From the NCBI GenBank assembly GCA_048213135.1, contig PS015033.1, positions 1 through 64,000 of the forward strand: a stretch of 64,000 nt of DNA, written 5' to 3'. The stretch is from Reclinomonas americana ATCC 50394 (lineage: Eukaryota). The first letter of the stretch is position 1. Every line of letters begins with the position of its first letter. A program made the position numbers and the translations under genes. The notes beneath the pieces are model-generated. The model had not been told where the DNA came from. It ran no database searches and worked only from the letters and a program-made list of their open reading frames with translations. Below are positions 55,187 through 64,000 of the stretch, piece after piece.

Positions 55187-57396
55187 TCAGACTTCGATGG
55201 GAGCAAAGGCAAGCTTGCGCGTGCGCTGCTGCTGCTGCTGTGGCTGGAGGTACTGGTGCACAGCAACGGAGATAGGCGAGATGGTGGCGGACGGAGGCAG
55301 TGCCAGAGGCGAGGGCATGTCGACCGAAGTCACCGGCTGCGGTCGCGGCTTGCGACCGGCCTGCAGGGCGACCACGGCGAGCGGGATGGCCTCGACAATC
55401 ACCTCCTCGTCATCGTCGTCTTCGTCCTCCTCTGCATCATCATCGTCATCGTCATCGTTGCCGTCGAGGTCGGCGGCGATAAAGAGCTGCTTGGTGAAGT
55501 CGCGGAGGAGCGAGCGCGGGGCAAGTCGAGGCTGCGGTGTCACGGCCGGCGAGGGACCGGGGCCGCTGCGTGGCGGTGTCGATGTGTTGCTGTCGAGGCT
55601 GCTGGTCAGCGACGAGTAGCCGTGCGGTTGCGTGGACACGTCGGCGTGCTGCTCCTTGTTGGTGGGGGTGGCGATGGTGTTGTTGTTGTTGTTGTTGCCG
55701 TCGAGAAGCGCACGCAGAGCGGCGCCGGCGTTGGCCATGGCCTGAGCGGAGGGCGATGGCGGCTCGGTGCACGATCCGCGCGTGGCCTTGCCCGACGAGT
55801 GCTTGGAGGTCGCGGAGTCGTCGGTGTCGGGCTGCTGCTGTCGCCACTGGTCGAGCTCATACTGTGTGCCATACGTGAGGAAGCTCGTCGTTGGTGTGCG
55901 CGAATGACAAGCAGCTGAAAGACACTCACCATAAACTCGAGTGCCTCCGAGTTGGTGTCAAACACCACAGGCGAGGCGCCGGCTCGCGAACTCTGCGTCG
56001 GCGTCAGGTAGCGCGCCGTGACCGCCGCCGGTCTCTTCGAGCGCCCGCTATTCGCCTGCGACGAGCACGCCATGGCCCAGTCGGACTCGGTCGCCGCCGT
56101 CGACCCGCTCTCCACCGTCTCCAGATCCGTAAACGACTCGAGCGCATACATGACCAGCCGTTGCGACTGGCGCGACGCATCCACACCGTGCGCCACCAGC
56201 ATACGCCCATCCAGCACCACCGGCGACGATCGCCGCGGCGCACGCAGCACTCCAGCCACCATGCGCGGCAGAGGCACACTCGCGCGTCGCGGATCCTCCA
56301 CCGACTCGCCACCGCACTGGCTTCTCGTCGAGGATATCTGCACACGGGGCGCACGATACATGAGAGACGTGATCGGACAAGCCCAGCACCAATCAACAAT
56401 ACACTTTAGCAGAACACACTCTTTCGCACACACACACACGCACACACACACAAGTGTGGGAAAGTGTGTGTTAGTGTGCGGAAGTGTGCGGCAGTGTGCG
56501 GAAGTGTGCGGAAGTGTGGGAAAGTGTGGGAAGTGTGGAAAAGTGTGGGAAGAGTGGAAATGTGTGGGAAGTGTGGGAAAGTGTGGGAAAGTGTATAGGA
56601 GTGCGTGGAAGTGCGTGGAAGTGCGTGGAAGTGCGCGTAAGTGCGCGGAAGTGTGTGGATGTGTGTGTGTGTGCACTATGTACATACTTTCCACGCACAC
56701 ACGCACACAATTACACACACTTTCCCACACTTCCATACACTTCCACACACTTTCCCACACTTCTACACACTTCCACGCACTTCTATACACTTCTAAANNN
56801 NNNNNNNNNNNNNNNNNCACACCCTTCCCCTTCAACACACCTTATCCTGATCATCCTCATCGTCCTCCTCCATCATGGCACACGACGAGCAGCGCGGCAA
56901 GGCGTCCTCCAGGGCCGCCGCACTCGCACGTCGCTGAGTCATCGCCGCCACCGCCGCCGCCGGCAAGTGCTGAAGGCGGCGACTGGCGCGCCGGCCAGTG
57001 CGCACAGGCAGAAGCAGCCATTGTGGCACCGGCATCTCTTGTTCCTCCTCGCGATCGACGGACTCGGATTGTGGCTGCAGCACCTCTGTGGGGAGAGTGT
57101 GGTGGTGGCGGTGACCGCCACTGGCTCGCCGCGTGTGCTGCTTGGCGGTTGCGGCGCTGCTGTGTGTATTGGGGACAGATGTGAGTGTCCGTTCCTGTTC
57201 TCTCTCTTCTCTCGCTCTCTCACACACACCTGTTTGTTGGCACTGCGGAGGCGTCTGTGTGTGTGGAAGGCGAGGCAGCGCTGTCGTTGTTGCTGCTGGA
57301 GAGCTTTTGTGGACTGTCATTGTTGTTGTTGGTGTTGTTGTTGATGTTGTGGAGGGGAGAGAGACGCGCAGTGGTGCGCGAGGATGAGCAGCCCAT
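55187..57396 (-). CDS. Disordered protein with N-terminal MGCSSS acylation motif, about 4 exons
   Basis: Starts MGCSSSRTTARL; exons joined by GT-AG introns; repeated RRAS/RRSS motifs; ends RTRKLAFAPIEV*. Confidence 0.7.
56450..56800. repeat. Intronic 9-10 bp tandem repeat (gtgtgggaa(a)) followed by its reverse-complement version
   Basis: aagtgtggga units at 56450-56660, then cacactttccca/cacacttcc units at 56715-56795. Confidence 0.8.
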
Positions 57397-58395
57397 GGTT
57401 GTGTGTGTGTCTCTCTCTCTCTCTTTCTGCTTGTGTGTGCGTGTGTGTGTGAGTTGAGGAGTTGCGTGTGTCTGCTTCTTCGCGTTCGCGCAGGCGATAA
57501 AGTGTGAATGAGGGTGGTTTTTGGACGCCATACAACCACGCAACAAAGGCGAAAATTGCCAAACACAACCGACTGCTCGTTTTGCACATACGGGGACTGT
57601 CTGTCTTGTAGGCAGCAAGGTGGAGGAGGAGGGGGAAGAGAGTGGTGATGCGACGTTGCATCAGTCAGAGTGCTGCTCGTTTTCAGCCAAAGGTGGCCTC
57701 GTGAATTGGGATGTGGAGAGTTTTTCCGACACCCAGACCCGTGCATGGTGAGTGCGTGCGAGTCATGATGGGGTGGCATATCTCCAGGAGCAGATTGGCG
57801 GTGTCGAGGTTGTGGGATTCGCGTCAGTTGGGTCACGTCCCTCAAAATCCCGACGCGTGTTCGGATTTCTGGCAAGCAATTCGCCTTCAAATGACATGAG
57901 CAACCGACCATGCAAGCGGTCGCCATCCGCGCGCACTTGGTGGGTTGAATGGAGGGAGAGAATCTTCCGCAAAAACGAAACATGGGGGACGAGCAGATCC
58001 GGATGGGAGGGAAGGAACGNNNNNNNNNNNNNNNNNNNNNNNNNNNNNNNNNNNNNNNNNNNNNNNNNNNNNNNNNNNNNNNNNNNNNNNNNNNNNNNNN
58101 NNNNNNNNNNNNNNNNNNNNNNNNNNNNNNNNNNNNNNNNNNNNNNNNNNNNNNNNNNNNNNNNNNNNNNNNNNNNNNNNNNNNNNNNNNNNNNNNNNNN
58201 NNNNNNNNNNNNNNNNNNNNNNNNNNNNNNNNNNNNNNNNNNNNNNNNNNNNNNNNNNNNNNNNNNNNNNNNNNNNNNNNNNNNNNNNNNNNNNNNNNNN
58301 NNNNNNNNNNNNNNNNNNNNNNNCGCTGCGGAGAAGCAAGCGCGCGCGCGACGATTCATTGCAATTGAATTCGCTGCGAACTCGATCGCGAGACA

Positions 58396-59038
58396 GTCAG
58401 GGGCCGAAGCCCAGTGGCATAGCTGGTGCCCGAGGTGGAACCCCGGCTGCGTGGTGTGTCGCCGGTCGAGTGATCGATGAGCACAACCAACAACACATGT
58501 ACACCATCGATATCGCGATCGAGATCGCGAAGTTGAAAACCCCTCCCGACGTCATCGCAGCAGTTGTTGCCCGATGCGGGAACGGTTCTCCACTTCATCC
58601 TGTTTCTGTGCGTCGACACCAGCGCGATCGGGCGTGTGGTTTTTGCCGTGCGAACGACGGAAGCATGGGTGACAGGACAACCAGCACCACAACAACACAC
58701 ACGCTACGCACACATACACCGCGCAACGCAGCCGCAAGAGCCTCTCTTGCTCTGCGTGTGTGTCATTCCTTTACGCGATATAGCCCCACGTACATTATCG
58801 CCAACACCCTCGCGCGCTTTTGCCAAAGCGCACACAATGATGACCATGAATGTGCTCTCGTGATCGCCCACTAGCGATCCAGCAAGAGCTGTTCTTCTCC
58901 GCTTCGGGGAGTTGTCGACATCATCGCGTCATGCTCACGTGGAGTCTGGCCAGCGACTTGTTCTCGATGTCAAGTCGCCCAGCGATCAGTGGGTAGCGCT
59001 GTCGTTGCCGGGTACGTACACGCTGTGTGTGCGTGTGC

Positions 59039-59097
<59 letters not shown>

Positions 59098-59249
59098 ATT
59101 GGAGGCATGCTTACGGCGAGTTTGGCCTTGCAGGGCGATGGGCGCAGGTGGAAGAGTCAGCTTTGCGGAGAGGAGGAGCTGCACAGAGCTCTCCAGCGGA
59201 ACCGCCACCACATGCCTACGGGTCGCACCGATATGCAGCGCCACCGTGA
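58396..59249 (+). CDS. Possible multi-exon hypothetical protein (5' end near the gap)
   Basis: Open segments with plausible splice sites (MYTIDIAIEIAKL..., AIGRVVFAVRTTEAW..., DPARAVLLRFGEL...LVLDVKSPSDQWVALSLPG, RWAQVEE...YAAPP*); no recognised family. Confidence 0.35.
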
Positions 59250-59259
59250 GCATCAACTG

Positions 59260-60210
59260 CGCATGCGAGAGAAGTTGCCTATCTTGCTTTTGGTTGGGCA
59301 TGGTTCTCGCTGCGATGCTCGATATGTGAACGTGCGTCTCCTTCTGTAAGTGTGATTCTGGTGAAGGAGTGCCCCTTGAGTGCCTGGTGTTGCTCTCTCC
59401 CTATCTTCTCTCCCCTCGCGCTGCGCATGTGAGAGAAGCTGCTTGTCTTCGTTGTTTTGTTGGGCATGGTTCTCGCTGTGCTTCTCTTTCTTCTTCTGCA
59501 AGAGTGAAACTTTTGCATGCACTTGTAGATGTTGCCTCTCTCTCTCCTCCAACCCTCTGCTTACGCCGTAGACAAGTGAGAGAGAAACCTGCTCGTCGAA
59601 TTCTTGCTGTGTGTTGCGATCGCCGACAGTGCTTCTCGTTCTTCTCCTTCTGCAAGCGTGATGCTGGTGAAGGAGCGCCCTTGAGTGCCTGTTGTTGCTC
59701 TCTCTCTCTCTCTCTCTTCTCCCCCTTGCGCTGCTTATGCGAGAGAAGCTGCTTATGTTGTTTTTGGTTGAGCGTGTTTCTCGCTGTTCTTCTCTTTCTT
59801 CTTCTAACTGTTGCGTGCACTTGCCCTTGAGTGTTAGATGTTGCTTCTTCCTCTTCTCTCTCTCCTCCAACCCTCTGCTTACGCCGTACGCGTGGACAAG
59901 TGAGAGAGAAAACTGCTCGTCGAATACTTGCTGTGTGCTGCGATCTGCTGCCACTGCCGGCAGTGCTTCTCGTTCTTCTTCTTCTTCTGCAAGTGCGATG
60001 CTGGTGAAGGATCGTCCTTGAGTGCCTCGCTCCCTCTCTCTCTCTCTCTTCCTCTCCCCTCGCGCTGCTTATAATTATGTGAGAGAAGCTGCTTCTTGTT
60101 TTTGGTTAGGCATTGTTCTCGCTGCGATGCTCGATTGTTCCACGTGCTTCTTCTTGTTCACCTGCAAGAGTGAAACTGTTGCATGCACTTGCCCTTGAGT
60201 GCTAGATGCT
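59260..60210. repeat. Degenerate tandem repeat array of about 170-340 bp units
   Basis: gagagaag(c/t)tgc...ttggtt...ttctcgctg recurs at about 59267, 59430, 59740 and 60080; gacaagtgagagagaaa.ctgctcgtcgaat at 59571 and 59894. Confidence 0.8.
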
Positions 60211-60454
60211 GCTCTCCCTCACCTCCGCTCATACCCTCATCTGCGTGTGAAACTGGTGCATGAGCGCTGCCTGGTGTGCGGGTGGATGAAGCATTGTGTT
60301 TCTTTCTCTCTTTCTCTCTCACACCTCTCTTCTCTCCGCTCATATTCTTCTCTTTGTGTGCGGCATGTTCTTGAGCCTTGGTGTGAATGAAGCTCTCACC
60401 TCTCGTGTGTCTCTGCTCGATTATACATGCGGTGTGTGAGAGAGAGAGAGCGAG

Positions 60455-60498
<44 letters not shown>

Positions 60499-61678
60499 CG
60501 TTGTCAAGATATCGGAGAAATCCTGTTTCAAGTGTCTCCTGCATGTGACACAGCGATGGTGGCACTGCTGTGCTTTCTGAGCAGTGGCTACGTCTGTGAT
60601 TGGTGACCACGCTTTCGCCTCGAAGCACGTCGTGAAGACAAGTGCAACAGGAGAAACCAAACGCATGCCTTTTGGCTGTGTGCGTGGCAGCTTTCCATCC
60701 TTTCACACTGCATGCGACACTTAAACACGAGAGAGACACACACACGCCTCAGCGATCCTCCACACAGCAGTGAGGGATGACGTAATCGGGGGAAACAGGA
60801 AACCCAAAGTGATGCGCAGATTCGTTTCAGCAGTGCTCCATCACTGCGCGCACATGTGTGAAGGGCTTCTTCTGCCATCGCAGCTTGAGCATGTGACAGC
60901 AGGGTGGGGAAAGGAAGAAAAAGCAACAGAGGAGCAATGCACCAATGAATCTTGCATCCACATGCTGTGTACACGAAGCATGCGCTGCCACTCCCCACCA
61001 GACACATAGACACAAGGAGGTTGCTGGAGGGGCGTTCCTCGCTGTGCACACACGCACCACTGACAGAAATCGAACATGTTGTGGAGAAAAAGGGAATAGT
61101 CGACGACGTCATCAAGTTGTCTTCTTCCGTCTCCCTCTCTCTTCTCTGCAACACCACTGGCGACGGCGCAGTTTGGTATGACGCGCAACGTAGTTTGTAG
61201 GATACCTCAAGCTAGCGCTTCCGATTGGTGCAAGAGTGAAACGCAAGAGAGTGAGTGATCATGATATCACTGTGCGGTATCCCACAGTGCGTGCATGAAA
61301 CATAGAGCTCGTGGTGGTGAGCCTGTCTTCAAAAGAAATCCTGTTGCTTGTCTTTTTTCCTGCTGACATGCAAGATTCACACGACGATTGGTGATTGGCT
61401 GCCTCGGACATGTTGGTGACAGCGCAGAGTGGCACTGTACTGTGTACAGTGTTGTGCCTCATGCACTCACGCGGTGAATGAAGCACAGAGAGGTGTGCAT
61501 GGCATGAACAGCGTCTTGTGCAAGCAGCTACGAATTCCCTTTTTTTATGCGAAATGCATCTCTGAAATGCCCTTCCGCCCGCGATGGCAAGTCTGGCCAT
61601 TTTAGGCGAGTTGCCTTTGGCCCCACCATTTTCGGCCTTCCAAGTGCAAACTCACCCAAAAATGGCCATGCGCAGGGG

Positions 61679-61684
61679 TATAAA
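61679..61684 (+). promoter_or_regulatory. TATA-like box about 70 bp upstream of the secreted-protein ATG
   Basis: ggggTATAAAgcg; the mirrored copy reads ggggCATAAAgcg. Confidence 0.5.
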
Positions 61685-61749
61685 GCGTCCAATTTCCGAC
61701 CTGTCACTTTCTTACTCGTTCCGAGAGCACAAACCACCTCCCCCCCATC

Positions 61750-61783
61750 ATGAAGATCGCTGTNNNNNNNNNNNNNNNNNNNN

Positions 61784-61834
<51 letters not shown>

Positions 61835-62324
61835 GCAATGTCACTGACTCTCCCTCTCCATGGCCAGGTGCGCTCCGTGCGCCAACGGCAACACCGGTGG
61901 CTGCAACCCGAATGGTGCTTGCAAGGCCAACGGCTGGTGCGACTGCCACTACCAGTGCAAGAACTACGCGTCGGTGGCTGCTGGCGCTGCGTGCCCGCCT
62001 GGCGCCGACAACCTCGGCAACGGCAACTGCTGCAAGAAGGCATGGGGTGCTCGCTGCCAGTACACTCTGCCCGACACCTGGACTGGCACGCCGCCGCCGC
62101 CACCGCCGCCACCGGCTGTGTGCACCAACAACCCGGGTGCCTGCAACCCGAACGGCAAGTGCAAGGCCGACAACACTTGCGAGTGCTACGCCGTGTGCCA
62201 GAACATCCCGGCCGTGGCCGCCGGCACGGAGAGCTGCCCTGGCACCAGCCAGAACTTGGGCAACGGCAACTGCTGTGGCCAGCAGACTGGCGCCAACTGC
62301 CAGATCTCGCCCTTCGACTCGTGA
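61750..62324 (+). CDS. Secreted Cys-rich protein, copy 1 (signal-peptide exon partly in gap; exon 2 at 61868-62324)
   Basis: MKIAV..., then two CNPNG.CKA...C.C...C.N...VAAG...CP...NLGNGNCC....GA.CQ modules joined by a poly-Pro linker. Confidence 0.9.
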
Positions 62325-63185
62325 GCACGAGTTGGGAGAAGGGTGATACCACAACAAGTGAGGACGAAGTGAAAGCTTTTCCAACCCGTGTGGTGATTGT
62401 GATGGGTCTCGTGTATGTTTTAGGCACGACAAAGTGCAGGCGCATTCATGAACACAAGAGGTGTCAACAAAACAGCACAGCGACAACAGGCTGGAAATGG
62501 AAACTTTCACTGATCACCAGTATTGTTGTGATATCGAACATATCTGCGCGTGCACTGCGACATGACAAATCAACAACGGTAGTACTGATTCACGCTCCAT
62601 CGCAGCTGCATGATGAACACCGGCACCGGCTGCCATGAGTGGAAACAGCGCTACGCCAGCGCTGGAGGTCGGCAGGACGGATGCAGATTGAGAAAAACAC
62701 TTCAACAACAACAACAATTCATTCACCAACAAACAAGCAACAGCTGTCTTGATGACCAAGTTCAACCGTATCCAAAACATCAACACAGACACCAGTCTTG
62801 AGGCAGCACCACATTCCAATAATGCGACAAATGTCCGATACGGAATGCAAGATGAAGACGGAAAGGAGTGGCGTGTGGCGAGGGAGTGGGTTGGAGAGGC
62901 AGCAGCAGAGAAGTGCAATGAAGATGGTCATGTCGCAGTGCACTGTGGCTCTTCAGCAGTGCATGCGCAGATATCGGAGTTCAACAATACTGGTGATCAG
63001 TGAAAGTTTCCATTTCCAGCCTGTTGTCGCTGTGCTGTTTTGTTGACACCTCTTGTGTTCATGAATGCGCCTGCACTTTGTCGTGCCTAAAACATACACG
63101 AGACCCATCACAATCACCACACGGGTTGGAAAAGCATTCACTTCGTCCTCACTTGTTGTGGTATCACCCTTCTCTCAACTCGCGC

Positions 63186-63800
63186 TCACGAGTCGAAGGG
63201 CGAGATCTGGCAGTTGGCGCCAGTCTGCTGGCCACAGCAGTTGCCGTTGCCCAAGTTCTGGCTGGTGCCAGGGCAGCTCTCCGTGCCGGCAGCGACGGCC
63301 GGGATGTTCTGGCACACGGCGTAGCACTCGCAAGTGTTGTCGGCCTTGCACTTGCCGTTCGGGTTGCAGGCACCCGGGTTGTTGGTGCACACAGCCGGTG
63401 GCGGCGGTGGCGGCGGCGGCGTGCCAGTCCAGGTAGCCGGCAGAGTGTACTGGCAGCGGGCACCCCATGCCTTCTTGCAGCAGTTGCCGTTGCCGAGGTT
63501 GTCGGCGCCAGGCGGGCATGCAGCGCCAGCAGCCACCGACGGGTAGTTGCGGCACTGGTACTGGCAGTCGCACCAGCCGTTGGCCTTGCAAGTGCCATTC
63601 GGGTTGCAGCCACCGGTGTTGCCGTTGGCGCACGGAGCGCACCTTCATGATCAGGAAGGAGAGAGAGAGAGAGAGAGAGTGTGTGTGTTAGCTATAGTGA
63701 CGTTGCAGGAGAGAGAGGAGAAAGGAGAGACAACACACCATTCGGCGGCAGCGACGGCCACGAGGAGGGCCAGGACGGCGACAAAGACAGCGATCTTCAT
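63186..63800 (-). CDS. Secreted Cys-rich protein, copy 2 (172 aa; exons 63800-63739 and 63642-63186)
   Basis: Signal peptide MKIAVFVAVLALLVAVAAA, phase-2 GT-AG intron, two Cys modules, ends ISPFDS*. Confidence 0.93.
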
Positions 63801-64000
63801 GATGGGGGGGAGGTGGTTTGTGCGCTCGGAACGAGTAAGAAAAGTGACAAGTCGGATTCTTGGACGCTTTATGCCCCTGCGCCTGGCCATTTTTGGGTGT
63901 GTTTGCACTTGGAAGGCCGAAAATGGTGGGGCCAAGGGCAACTCGCCTAAAATGGCCAGACTTGCCATCGCGGGCGGAAGGGCATTTCGGAGATGCATTT

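Larger units (their letters stand above)
61552..64000. repeat. Large inverted repeat: arms about 61552-62567 and 62927-64000 (may extend past the window), spacer about 360 bp
   Basis: The window end is the reverse complement of 61552 onward; promoter, coding and 3' regions are mirrored with few substitutions. Confidence 0.95.

Noticed and set aside
60480-61500. Possible spliced minus-strand gene (fragments such as LDDVVDYSLFLHNMFDFCQW and ETLETGFLRYLDNAL)
   Set aside because: I could not build a consistent exon chain or recognise a family; left unannotated.

Overview
Eukaryotic (protist-like) draft scaffold: GC-rich exons, many short GT-AG introns, long microsatellites and many N gaps. At least three gap-bounded pieces are mis-oriented. 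Recognisable genes are citrate synthase, GNA1, a coiled-coil protein, a kinesin with degenerate switch motifs, FKBP12, WDR24 (GATOR2), an FBXO3-like F-box/SMI1/ApaG gene, 6-phosphogluconolactonase, a FERM-LRR protein, an MFS transporter, PTH2 and SNAPC1. Three things stand out. (1) A family of three 54-56 aa, three-exon microproteins that the ORF track misses (MG-rich start, PPP, invariant VVHT[IV]SPHITVAGQNIHTTVxEMRxEMPD, acidic/Gly tail ending in L); its central exon shows only synonymous changes. (2) Eight intronless 7-repeat WD40 paralogues in two clusters, with variable surface positions and an invariant C-terminal motif (DSRCLPEMVLRCF) resembling an F-box/SOCS-type adaptor; the second cluster is bracketed by the microprotein genes. 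(3) A ~1 kb-arm inverted duplication carrying two secreted proteins, each built from two copies of an unrecognised 10-Cys module. All gene models were spliced by eye; family calls come from remembered motifs, not database searches.
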